In this document: piece after piece, positions 23,736 to 35,099 of the stretch | Position numbering within the stretch: position 1 is the stretch's first letter | How the letters are laid out: each line of letters opens with the position of its first letter | Source of the DNA: Balamuthia mandrillaris | Lineage: Eukaryota | Assembly: GCA_031835245.2 (NCBI GenBank) | Contig: JAVKOQ020000080.1 | Span: 1 to 64,000, forward strand | Reading direction: 5' to 3' | DNA length: 64,000 nt | Position numbers and translations under genes: made by a program | Notes under the pieces: generated by a model | Databases searched by the model: none | What the model saw: the letters and a program-made list of their open reading frames with translations, nothing else | What the model was told of the DNA's origin: nothing

Positions 23736-26008
23736 CTCTCTTGCGGCCACTAACGGTAAAGATAACAGCTTGGAGTAAATGTACATGGCGAGGTTTTGAG
23801 GTAGAGCGGCTGGATTGGATAATGCCAGAAGAGTCACGCGTCGCTTTTTTGCGAGACTTTCGCTTTGATAGAGTACACATCTTTTATCAACTTGCAGTTA
23901 AGGCGTTCTGTCTAACTTTCCTTGTGTTATAGCGAAAGCAAATCCTTCGACAGGGCAAAGAACCATCACAAGGAGAAGAAAGCCAAGAGAGCCCATCGGA
24001 TGCGCTAACTCCTACCAAGCGAAAAAGATCTGAGCGAACAACGATGCCACGGAAACGAACAAAGAAAGTAATGATCAAAGGCAACTCAGCAGTAGACCCA
24101 GAGTCAGGCCTCCACGAGAACGGGCACATCTACGAAGAAGACGGCACGAGTTATAACGCTGTTCTCAACATGGCCGACATTTCACTTGGCCTCAATTTTT
24201 ACTACAAGCTTCAACTCATTGAAACGGATGACAAGAAAGAATGGTATCTGTGGCGAAAGTGGGGGAAGCTTGGCACCTTTGTTGGTGGCAAAAAGATCAC
24301 TCCCTGCGAATCCCTGGAAGATGCCAAGGAGAAGTTCGAAACGGCATTCGAGGAAAAGACTCATAACTCTTGGGACAACAGACGACCAGACCTCTTTGTA
24401 AAGAAGCCAGGCAAGTACCACGTCGTGGATGTAAACTACAGTCTTGATGGCCTTTCTGACGAAGAAGGGGAAGGAAGCGAGGAAGACCCCACTTTGACTG
24501 AGGAGGAGAAACAGCTTTTGGAAGATTCTAGACTTAAGGTAGTTTTCTTGTTGGGTGTATTGTACTGCGCTCTCTTATGGTTAACGATTTGGTATGTAAA
24601 ACTCGTGTTATCCTGCAGGATCTGATGCAGCTGATATTCAATATTGAAGCGATGGAAGATACGTTAGCAGAAATGGAAATTGACACGCAGAAGATGCCCC
24701 TGGGCCGACTTTCTAAGGCCACTATCTTGGCAGGCGTACGGCTTCCACTTTTGCCTTTGGATTTGACATTTCAACTCACTCCTCTCTCCCGCCCTCCCTT
24801 CTGTTCTCTATTGCTTATCAGTACCAAGTGTTGAGTCAGATACATGATATTCTCCAAGACAAAGGAAATTGCAGCACTGGGCTAGACAAACAAACGCAGC
24901 TTATAGACTGTACCAACCAGTTTTACACGTACGCTGCTCTCTCTCTCTCTCCCTCCTTGGTCCTCTAATATTGGTTTTCCTGGTAAAAGTGTGATACCAC
25001 ATTCCTTCGGGAGGAAAACAAAGCCGGTGGTTATCGACAGCGAGTACTTACTAAAGCAAAAAATCAAAATGTTGGATGCTCTGTCCGACATGGAAGTAGC
25101 TGTGCGGTTGCTCAAGCAAAACAAGAATGAAACCATTCCCAGCTACTACAAACGACTGAACACGAGGATAGTCCCTGTAGACGACGAGCAAGAACTGGAT
25201 CTTGTGCGCACGTACATTCGCCATACCCATGCTCCCACTCACTCCAATTATGAGCTGGAGTTGTTGGATTTGTATAGAATAGAGCGAGAAGGAGAACAAG
25301 AGCAGTACGACGAGTTTTGTAAAGACATCGACAACAAAATGGTTGGCTGCTTCTCTTGCTCTATCTAGTGCCGCTGGTTTACCTTATTTTTATTATGTTG
25401 AACAGTTATTGTGGCATGGTTCGAGGTTGACCAACTTTGTAGGCATATTGTCCCAAGGCCTTAGAATTGCACCTCCTGAAGCTCCAGTGACTGGTTACAT
25501 GGTAATATCTTCCTCACTCTCTCTAATCTCCTTCTATCTGCCAAACTGAACCATTTTGCTACAGTTTGGTAAAGGCGTTTACTTTGCAGACATGGTCAGG
25601 TACATGCATCTCTCTCGTTGTGAATTTTTCTCAAACTAATATGTGTTGGGCCTTCATCATACTCTCCATAGCAAATCAGCAAACTATTGCAGGGCCACTG
25701 AAGAACAAAATGTGGGGCTGGCCATTTTAGCAGAGGTAGCCCTTGGCAACATGTACGAGCGAAGCCATGCGGAATACATGGAAAGCCCCCCTGCCGGCTT
25801 TCACTCAACCAAAGGAATAGGCCAGACCCGGCCAGACCCACATCAGAGCATAACTCTACAGTCAGGCGTGGTGGTTCCCATCGGTACCCCTTCTTCTCCT
25901 TCTTCATCGTCGTCATACTCTTCGCTGCTTTACAACGAGTACATTGTGTACGATGTTCGCCAGGTGCACATCAAGTATCTCTGCAAGCTGAAGTTTCATT
26001 ATCACTGA
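21871..26008 (+). CDS. NADAR (YbiA-like) domain fused to a PARP1-like poly(ADP-ribose) polymerase: NADAR - Zn finger - PADR1 - WGR - regulatory - catalytic
   Basis: [61 protein letters not shown]. Zn finger: [14 protein letters not shown]...WHHVDCF. PADR1: [15 protein letters not shown]...AWSKC. WGR: YYKLQL...WGK. Regulatory: [15 protein letters not shown]. Catalytic: [28 protein letters not shown]. Confidence 0.9.
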
Positions 26009-26124
26009 CAGTAACAACGGCGCGCCAAGATCAAGCCAATCAATGGGAAAACAAAAATAAAGCAAAATTAGAAGGAAAAATAAAAAACAAAACCACAAAA
26101 ACATAACTCACCACTTTGGGAATA

Positions 26125-26168
26125 AGAAGGAAGGGTTGTTTAGGCGGGAAACATGCTCATTGGCCCAA
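26125..26168 (-). repeat. 44-bp inverted copy of part of the dispersed element B (pairs with 26790-26833)
   Basis: The reverse complement matches 26790-26833 at 43 of 44 positions. Confidence 0.9.
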
Positions 26169-26372
26169 GCGACTCTGATCAATTGATCTCTTTCTGAATG
26201 GGTAAGGAGTTCCCGGATTGCGCCACTTTAGTAAGGACGCTGTGAAAGGAAACAGTATGGCAGTAAGACGAAAAGGGAGCAAGGGGGACGTCGCTGAGGC
26301 AACCCAGGGAAGGAGCATTGGGTATGGCAGCTCAGGTATGTAAACAACATATTGGTCTTTCTGGTGAATAGA

Positions 26373-26723
26373 ATGACGCTGAATGCGTTGTCCCCCAAAA
26401 AACCGAAGCAAGTGCGGGTGCTGTATGACTACGAAGCGGAGGAGGAGGGTGAAATGACTGTGTTTGAGGATGACATAATCACCGTTCTCGCAGAGGAGCC
26501 AAGCGGGTGGTGGAAAGGTGAGTCGAACGGTCAAGTTGGAGTATTTCCGAAGAACTTCACAGAGCCCTACGTCGCAGGACCCTCCTCTCAGGGTATGATA
26601 TTACGATGTTTTCCTGATAGCTATCAGTTCCTTCCTTTCTTTCGAAGATATACTAAGAACTGATACTGATTCATGGGTTGTTTTCACACAGACGCACCAC
26701 CAAATCCATCAGGAACAGAGTGA
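26373..26723 (+). CDS. Small SH3-domain-only protein or gene fragment, two exons (26373-26592, 26692-26723)
   Basis: VRVLYDYEAEEEGEMTVFEDDIITVL...GWWKGE...GVFPKNF is a canonical SH3 domain. A GT-AG intron is followed by DAPPNPSGTE*. An upstream exon cannot be excluded. Confidence 0.7.
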
Positions 26724-26725
26724 TT

Positions 26726-26835
26726 CTAAGGCGGCGCAAAGATCATAAGATCTAAGGACAACGAAAAAAGAAATCACGACATTAGTCTTTTGGGCCAATG
26801 AGCATGTTTCCCGCCAAAACAACCCTTCCTTCTCC
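26726..26835 (+). mobile_element. Dispersed element B, left terminus of a putative non-autonomous DNA transposon
   Basis: 109/110 identical to 63891-64000. Starts with the same terminus as the TSD-flanked mini-element at 29404. Confidence 0.75.
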
Positions 26836-27427
26836 CACGTCTCTGAAGGCAAAGTGGTAGGGTGGGTTGTGGGGTGGGGTGAATGGAATGGATGCTCATG
26901 CTGCTGCCGCCGCCAATAAACTTTTGGTACTCGTCAGTCGCCTTGACATTTTTCTGCTACTCGTTTTCTTTTCTTCTCTTCTCTTCTTTTCTTTTCGTTT
27001 CTTTTCAAAAGTAAACACACAGACACACACATCCACGCAGCTCCACGCACCACCGTATTTCTCATTGCTACGCTTCTACTACACAAGGAGGAAACCAGCG
27101 GAAGGAGGCAGAGGTGGAAACCGAAGCGGTTCAGCCGCAGGCAGGGGCACTGCTCCGATTGAAAAGGTAGCGTTCTTTTTTCTCTGCTCGCTCACTACAT
27201 TTTTTGATGATGGAAAAAAAAATTTGTTACCAACCACTCACTAATGATCTCTTTTGTTTAAAAAAGAACAGCATCACGAACCTCTGTGCGCCTCTTCCAC
27301 AACGCTGCTGGAAGCTGGCCTGAATGGCAAAGTCGTGATCTGTAAAATATTCCGATCGATCAACTTGAGGGGTCAATTTACTTTCGTCTAATTAAAGAAA
27401 AAAACTTAAAACAAAATTGAAAGAAAA

Positions 27428-29359
27428 ATGGAAGGAAGAGGTGGAGGAGGAGGAGGAGAGGGGCGCAGCGTGGCGGAGAGGTTGAAGCAGTACGTGGCGG
27501 CTGAGATCACAGCTGATGTGAGCCACCTCACTGCTGGTGAGAAGGCTGCTCTCCAAAAGCTGGGGGAGGCCGCCAAACCCCTCGACGCCCTCTTCATGCG
27601 CCAAATGTGGAAAGAGAACCAAGCGCTGCTGCAGCGTCTCCAAGAGGACGGCGCCGCCGGGGAGGTCCTTCGCTACTATGCCATCAACATGGGGCCTTGG
27701 GACCGCCTTGACGAGGACAAGCCCTTCATTCACGGCGTGGGAGCAAAGCCCAAAGGAGCCAACTTCTATCCGGAGGACATGACCAAGGAAGAGTTTGATG
27801 CATGGGTGCACAGCGGTAAGCTCTCCAGGGAAGAGGTGGACGCTGCCAAAGGCTTCTACACTGTGGTGCGCAGGGACAGGACTGGAAACCTCGTGCTGGT
27901 GCCTTATAACGAGGAGTACAAGGAGGCTCTCACTCCCATCAGGGACCGCCTTCACGAAGCTGCTGACTTGCTTGAGGAGGATGCTGCCAAACAAGGTCTC
28001 TCTCTCTCTCTCTCTCTCTCTTCCCTCCACATTCAAGCCGATGGCTGAAGAAGCTCAACAATAGGATCAAGTCATAACGAGACGCTGGTTCGCTTTCTGA
28101 GAAGCAGAGCTGATAGTCTCCTCAGCAACAACTACTTTCAGAGCGAGAAGGACTGGTTGGCCATTGCGGAGGAGAGCAAGTTTGACGTGACTTTTGGACC
28201 TTACGAGGTCTACGAGGACGCTCTTTACAACTATAAAGCCAGTTTTGAGGCCTTTATCACAGTGCGGGACTTTGAGGAAACCAAGAAGCTACAATCTTTC
28301 AGAGGATGGCTGCAGGAGCTGGAGAACAACCTTCCTGTTGAGGACAAATACAAAAACCCCAATCTTGGCCTCAGCTCTCCCATTGTGGTCGTTAATCAAG
28401 TGCTTACCGCTGGGGATAGAGCCGGGCCTCAAACTGCTGCTTTCAAGTGCGTTATTCTCTTAATCAGATTGTTTCTATTTGCTGACCTGCTCTTTTTGAA
28501 GTTTGCCAAATGATGAACAAGTTGTTAAGGTGGCTGGCAGCAAGCTGGTCATTCTTAAAAATATACAGGAAGCCAAGTTTAAGCATATACTGCTGCCTAT
28601 TAGCGACCTCATCTTGGACAAGGACCAAAGGAATGAAGTCTCCTTTGATGCATTCTTCACGCACATCCTTGCTCACGAAGTGAGCCACAGTCTCGGTCCT
28701 CACAGCATCACTTTGGTAGATGAGGAAGGAAAGAGCAGAGAAAGCAGCGTGCGCAGAGAGTTACAAGAGCTCCATTCTGCCATAGAGGAAGCCAAAGCCG
28801 ATATTACAGTACATTCCTCGTTTTCTTATGTAGTCTCTGTATTTCTTTGAATTATTGTTTTTATTCTGTTGACTTCCTCTTCGCGACAGTCTCTTTATGC
28901 ATTGCAATACTTGATGGATAGTGGTGCTCGTGTTGATCCCTCCACCAAGCGTAGCCTCTATATAACCTATCTCGCCTCTGCTTTCAGGTGCGTTCCTCTG
29001 TTTTCTACCGACCATTGACTTCAGCACTAAAGAGGAACAAAAGGTCCATTCGTTTTGGCCTGGATGAAGCGCATGGCAAAGGCCAAGCTCTGCAGCTCAA
29101 CTATATACTGGACTGTGGGGGCTTCGCCTATGACGAGGACACGGAGACCTTTCGCGTCTGCTTTGACCAGATAGAAGAGGCGGTGAGAGGGCTTACACGA
29201 GATATCATAACATTGCAAGGGGATGGTAACAAAGCCAAGGCCAAAAGCATGCTGGACAAGTATGGCGTCTACAGACCCCACACTCGTCGCGCTCTGGACA
29301 AACTGCAGGAAGCCAACATTCCTGTGGACATCCAACCGGTCTTCCCGCTCTTCCAGTGA
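27428..29359 (+). CDS. Peptidase M49 / dipeptidyl-peptidase III-like (HEXXH type, like the peptidase domain of plant NUDT3), no Nudix domain
   Basis: Motifs INMGPWDRLD, GANFYPEDMTKEEF, GPYEVYED, AF|LPNDE, HILAHEVSHSLGP, EEAKAD and IRFGLDEAHGKG. Confidence 0.9.
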
Positions 29360-29403
29360 GGCCAGGCCTTTTCGCAGCAAGGCAAAGGTGACCTGTGGCT
29401 GAC

Positions 29404-29441
29404 CTAAGGCGGCGCAAAGATCATAAGATCCGCCGCCTTAG
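29404..29441. mobile_element. 38-bp mini transposon with 11-bp terminal inverted repeats and a target-site duplication
   Basis: CTAAGGCGGCG...CGCCGCCTTAG flanked by TGGCTGAC at 29396-29403 and at 29442-29449. Confidence 0.8.
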
Positions 29442-29504
29442 TGGCTGACCTGCGCGGGAAGGAGAATTATCTTGTAGATAGCCAATAAAAAATCAAAAAA
29501 AACA

Positions 29505-29530
29505 AGATCTTATGATCTTTGCGCCGCCTT
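29505..29530 (-). repeat. Inverted copy of the element B terminus (26 bp)
   Basis: AGATCTTATGATCTTTGCGCCGCCTT is the reverse complement of 26728-26753. Confidence 0.9.
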
Positions 29531-29839
29531 CGACCGCTCCGGAAGATATCTGTATTAATGTTCCGGCGGCGGAAAATATCGGATTATTTATTATCATAAA
29601 TAAACGATGATTGTAATTAGGGCAGTCGACGAGGAAGAAGCCTAACTTTCTCCATCCCCACCCCAAGGCACTTACCCGCTCTTTTGACAGAGAAAGAAAG
29701 TTAAATAGCGCGTAGCGGGGGAGGCTGGCTTTCTTTTTGTTGAGAGTCACGAACAAAAACAAAAAAAAAAACAGTAGCGACTTTGGCAGCAGCACCGCAC
29801 CATAACCTCTTTTGAAGAGACAAGGCGGAGAGGACGGCG

Positions 29840-30839
29840 ATGTACTGGTTCTTCGCCGTAGGGGTGGTGCTCTTCCTGGCTTACACCATTCATTACCTGC
29901 TGTGGATAGGGGAGCTCCCGCAGCTGCACTACAAAGCCACGACTTTCAACAAGGAGCTGCTGTCCGGCGTGCCCTCCCTCTGCTCTTACTACTGGCCCTC
30001 CTTTCTGGTCTCCAACTGCCACCCTCAAACCCTGTTGGGCGTTCTGGCTCGCCGAAGAGCCCATATCCCCTTTTACAGGGAGTGCTTCGCCCTGAAAGAT
30101 GGAACGGAACTACATTTGGACTGGATGAAGCTTCCAGAAGAGGAACAAAAAGGAGAGGACGAAGAGGACGAGGAGCAAGAGCCACCGAGACCAACCGTCA
30201 TAGTTCTTCATGGGCTGGCTGGCAGCTCTCGCTCTCGCTATATACGCCAGTTCTTGAAGCACTGTCGGCAGAGACGCTTTCGCTGCGTAGTCGTCCATGC
30301 ACGCGGCTGTGGTGACTCCGAATTGAGAGTAACTTTCTCGCCCCAACCTTCTGCTCCTCTCTCTCTCTCTCTCATGTCCTTAACTTACACTCTATAGACG
30401 CCACATATGTTTTATCCAGGTTTAACAGACGACATAAGGCAGGTCATTCCTTACATAAGGGCAAGCCCTAGAGTACCGAAGCGCTCTCGCCTCTATGCCG
30501 TTGCGTTCAGCATGGGTGCTAACGTACTTGGAAAGTACCTCGGTGAAGACGGCGTCAATGTCCCTGTGCGTTATCTCTGTTTCTCTTCTCCTCTCTCTCT
30601 CTCTCTCTCATGTTTCTCCAATTTTCTCTCCCTCCCTCGCTGTTTCAGTTGGATGGAGCATGCTTATTTTCAAACCCGTGGAATCTGGTGGAGGTGAGTC
30701 AACGGTTACAGAGAGAGTGGGGAAGCAAGCTATATTCTAAATTGCTGCGGATAGAAGTGCTGGGCTATATCAAAAGGTTTGGAGTCTCAATTGCAGCAAA
30801 AGATTAATTGAGCCGAGGCAACAAAGTCGAAAAAAGAGT

Positions 30840-30892
<53 letters not shown>

Positions 30893-31528
30893 CGACGGAC
30901 ATACTAATACGAATGTATCGTTACCTCGACGGGCAACAGGCATTGGCACCAACTATCTAAGAATCAGCAGATCCAACAAGATGTTTTCAACCTACTTTCA
31001 AGCAGCTCACTCTACGACATAGACAAACATCTTAGTATTCGCATGTTTGGCTACGCCACTAATGAAGAGTATTATCGCAGTTGTAGCAGTCAACCTCATA
31101 TCGGCAAAACTGCTATTCCTACTCTTTGCGTCAATGCCATGGACGATCCGCTTTGTCCTTATTGGTGGGTGATCACTCCATCTCACATTCTTTCTCTTTT
31201 TCTTTTCGTTCTCTCCTACAATCTGATGATGGTTTCTTTTCAACAAATAGGTGTGCTCCATTTGAGGCGACCAAAAAAAATGAAAATCTCATCGTAGTTA
31301 CCACGAAGAGAGGAGGCCATTGCGCGTGGCTAGAGGGATGGTTTGATTCTCTCGTCTCTCTCTCTCTCGTCTCTCTCGTCTCTCTCTCCTCTTCGTCTTG
31401 TCTGTAGCTGATAGGAATGGCATCCTAGGGACTTTTGGGAGGATGCATGGATGGACCGCGTGTGTTCTGAATACATCTTATCTTTGGAGAAACTACATCC
31501 TTTGAAGGACTGCAGTCCTTCAAAATAA
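29840..31528 (+). CDS. Alpha/beta hydrolase of the ABHD1/2/3 (YheT) family with an N-terminal membrane anchor
   Basis: Motifs LHGLAGSS, ARGCG, nucleophile AFSMGANVL, NAMDDP and TKRGGHCAWLEG. Confidence 0.88.
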
Positions 31529-31696
31529 CAGCACGAAGGACAAGCCACGTTCTTGCAATGTTGTTCATTTAAATAGTTATTTATTTTTTTTTTTGGACAC
31601 AATTCTATTCTCTCGTCTCTCTCTCTCTTCTCTCTCTCTCTCTCTCTCTTTCCTGCATACAATAAGGCCTCCAGCTACACTTTCACCTTTTTGATT

Positions 31697-33358
31697 CTAT
31701 ATAGAACTGAACAGGACCATGTTATGAACTCCATCTCGCTGAGTATCGTTGGGACTAATCATGTTTGCAGCCACTTGACGTGTCCATAGGGCACGCTGCG
31801 TACGACCGTTCTTTTCCTCCTCTTCTGCGAAGTCTAACAATCGTTGCCGCCTTTTTTAAGGGACATAGAAAAAAAAACAATGTTCAAGAGGTTAGCAAAA
31901 AAACTTTGACCGCTTTCATTCTTACTGGTGTGTTGGGAAATGTACTTTAGAAGATGGGCATTTATCCTCCCATGATTCTCGCAGCTGCCGCTCTTCCTTG
32001 CTTGCTTGACGAGGTAAGAATGAATGGCCCAGAGCGGGTTCTCTTCATAAGCTTTTCCTGCGTTTGTTTTTGTATTGTTTGTTTTGCAATGCTGACAACA
32101 GATCAAGAAACAGAACGAAGATACCTTGTTTAATGGCGAGAGCTTTATCTCGGAGGTGAATGCCATGAGAGAACAAAAGGCTTTCTCGCACTATGTCCTC
32201 CGCCGTGTTTGCCTCTTCGTAGAGACCAGCCTCCTCCAGCGCCACCTCGAACCGTTTACGTTGTTTGTCCAACGAGTTACCTGGGTAGAATTTGTAGGTG
32301 ACAGTCTCCCTATCCAACTTCACAGAAACCCTTTGTTAGAACACTTCCTTTCCTTCACCCTTTTCCTTCCGCTGTTCTGTTTCGTCCTTCCTTTCCTTTA
32401 TCTTCAATGTCTCTTTCATCATTTAGCCCTCTCTGTAAGAAGTACCTTGAAGACTTCAGTGCGGAACAAGCCCATGGTTCTAACGTAGCCATAGTCATCG
32501 TAGCGGCGATAGACCTCTTGCTCTGGGAAGCCCTCCACAAAGTCATGAAAGTTGCGGTACAAGCATTTGTTCTGCGGTATGGTTGCTCTGATTCTCTCCT
32601 TCCAATCCGGATGAATGTTTGCCAGTTCCACATTCACTCCTGTCTCTGCCTTTTGTTTGTTTGAAAGTGTATGCATTTTTTGTTTGTGTTGTGTGTTCAA
32701 GGTGATATAACGCGTGAGAATAGCTGACGAAAAAACGAACCATCACCAGTGTATCCCTTTTTGCTGCCAGTGCAGGAAAACACGCCAGCACATGCTCACG
32801 ATGAAACAAGTCGTCTGCATCCAGAAAGAAGAGCGCCTCCCCCTCGGAGTGCAACACTCCAAGATTACGAGCCGCCCCTCCATAGAGCTGTTCCGGCAAA
32901 GACAAAACCTTCCACGAGAGACGACTACGTTGCTGTTGTCGTTTCCTTCGCTGCACAAAGTTGAGAGCTTTAGTGAGGGTATGATCGGTGGAGGCGTCAT
33001 CCACGATGACTACCTCCGCTTTCGTCTTGGAGAGTAGTGCTATGTGCTCCTCGTCAAGAATGGTATAGAGAGCCTTGTTGGAGTTTGTGGCGTGTTTGAA
33101 GAAGAATTGGATGCTACTTTCCACACTCTTTAGTGTGCGGATGACAAACGCCTCGTTGTTGTGGGTTGGCACGATTACTGAAAATGAAGTTGGAAAGGCT
33201 GATGCTCGGGCTTGGGGAGGAAGCTCTAGCCTATGCGAGCTTCGTTCCTCACGCGCACCAACAACACCGGAACCGGAGTGGCAGTGTCCTTGCAGACTAC
33301 CACCCAGCAAGAGTAACAGGACAGCAACCGCAGAAAAGAAGGTGCTTCCCTGCCTCAT
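31697..33358 (-). CDS. Glycosyltransferase family 2 (GT-A fold) with signal/anchor, paralogue 1
   Basis: SFSVIVPTHN, VVIVDDASTD, AARNLG, FFLDADD, TIPQNKCLYR, YKFYPGNSLD. Last exon reads RQRLLDFAEEEEK...SSI*. Confidence 0.85.
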
Positions 33359-33462
33359 TCATGCCCTTGGGGTTCTTCTTGATCGAAGAGACGCCCTCGT
33401 TTTTTGTCGACACGACGCCGTCAAGGGAGCTGTAAAGAATGGGTGTTGTTTGCTAATGTTTG

Positions 33463-34974
33463 TTATGGATACAAGAACAGGTCGCAGCACAAAGAAAAGC
33501 TGCTTTGTTGACTTGAATTGCTGTTGGTGGTGCAAACGTTGTTAACCACTTGAAGTGCCCATTGTAGAGGTTGCTCCCAACCAGACTTCCTTTCCTGTTC
33601 CGCAAATACTAACAACTGCATGCAGCTGTTGAGTTGGAAGACGTTTAGATAAGAGGTACGGAAGCTAAATTATGAAACGGTACTTACTTCCAGTCTGTGA
33701 TAGAGATGTCTCTACACTTGTTGTTTTTGCTTGCTTGCTTGAACCGATGAGAATGAATAGCCCAGAAAGGATTTGCTTCAATCATCCTTCCTGTAGTTAT
33801 TGTTGTTGACAGCAACCAACATCCAGTCAACCAGTTGTTCTCTGCAACTCAACCACACGAACCTTGTAAAGCCGCCTCTTCCTTTGTTTTCAAATGCCTC
33901 ACCTGCGCTCGCAATAGGCCGATCCGCAGGTAACCATCAACGCTATTGGTGAAATCGTGACCTTTGCCGATGGAGCCCCAAGGAGCTGTAAAGCGTTCCC
34001 GTTGTTTATCCAGGGAGTTACCCGGAAAGAATCTATATGTTACCGTCTCTCAGTTCATCTGATTTGTTGCAGTTAGGGTCAGCTGGTAATCACTGTGAGC
34101 GAAAATACTCACACGCCAAGTGCTTCCTCCCAACGCTGCCATTGCCTTCACCCAGCCCGCGTCTTCATATTCCCTGAAGACTATCTGCTCGGGGAAGCCT
34201 TCCACAAACTCGTGGTATTTGCGGAACATGCATTTATTTTGTGGAATGGTTCCTATAATCTTACGCTGCCTTCTCAAAGGTATCCCTTCCAGCTCAATAT
34301 TCACATTTGTTTCTGCCTATCGTTATTTTCCTTGCCTTAAGTATATGCAGTAGTCTCTCTGAGACAGAACAGACCCTGATAGAGAACAATAAAAGAAGAT
34401 AAAACATGAATAGAGGGAGCATACCATAGGATAGATCCTCCATCTGGCAGCCAACCCCACGAAGCAGACGTACACATGCTCTGGATGATACAAGTCATCG
34501 GCATCAAGAAAGAACAGCACCTCCCCTTTGGAGTGATAAACCCCGAGGTTGCGGGCCGACCCAGCGAAGACTTGTTGCGGCAAGGAAAGTACTTTCCACG
34601 TTACGTTGGGAGAAGGGGCCTTTCTCCTTCGATCCACGAAGCTCAGGACCTTGCTGAGGGTGTTGTCGGGGGAAGCATCGTCCACCACCACCACTTCCGC
34701 TTTGACTTGTTTCGTAGGATAAGTTACTGAGAAGCGGTGGTAAAAAAAACCTAAGACTGGTTTCCACGCTTTTAAGAGTGTTGATAACGTAGAGGGAGGT
34801 GTTGAAGGCAGGTACTACGATGGAAAAAGAAGTTGGGTAGCCATCAGCCATCGCCTGTGGCGGAAGCTTATGTTCCAGGCTCACCGCTTGATTCAACAAC
34901 GCCAAGAGGACCAAAGTGAACACGAGAAGCAGGAACTTTCTTGAACCCTTACAACGAAGCCGTTTACCCCCCAT
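33463..34974 (-). CDS. GT2 paralogue 2; carries a +1 frameshift in an A8 run at 34742-34749 (pseudogene or assembly error)
   Basis: SFSIVVPAFN, VVVDDASPD, SARNLG, FFLDADD, TIPQNKCMFR. The reading frame shifts between ETSLRFF and KQVKAEVVVVDD. Confidence 0.8.
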
Positions 34975-35099
34975 GTTAATCACTACGCATCAGGTTTCCT
35001 TCTTTCCCTTCCATTACCTTTCTTAAGAAAAAAAATAAGAGGAAGGAAGGGGCATCTATATTAACCCATATTTGGACAACCAGATAGGTTGCTTCATTG

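Noticed and set aside
26100..29600. Autonomous transposase or integrase linked to the inverted-repeat family
   Set aside because: I found no DDE transposase, reverse transcriptase or recombinase ORF anywhere in the window.
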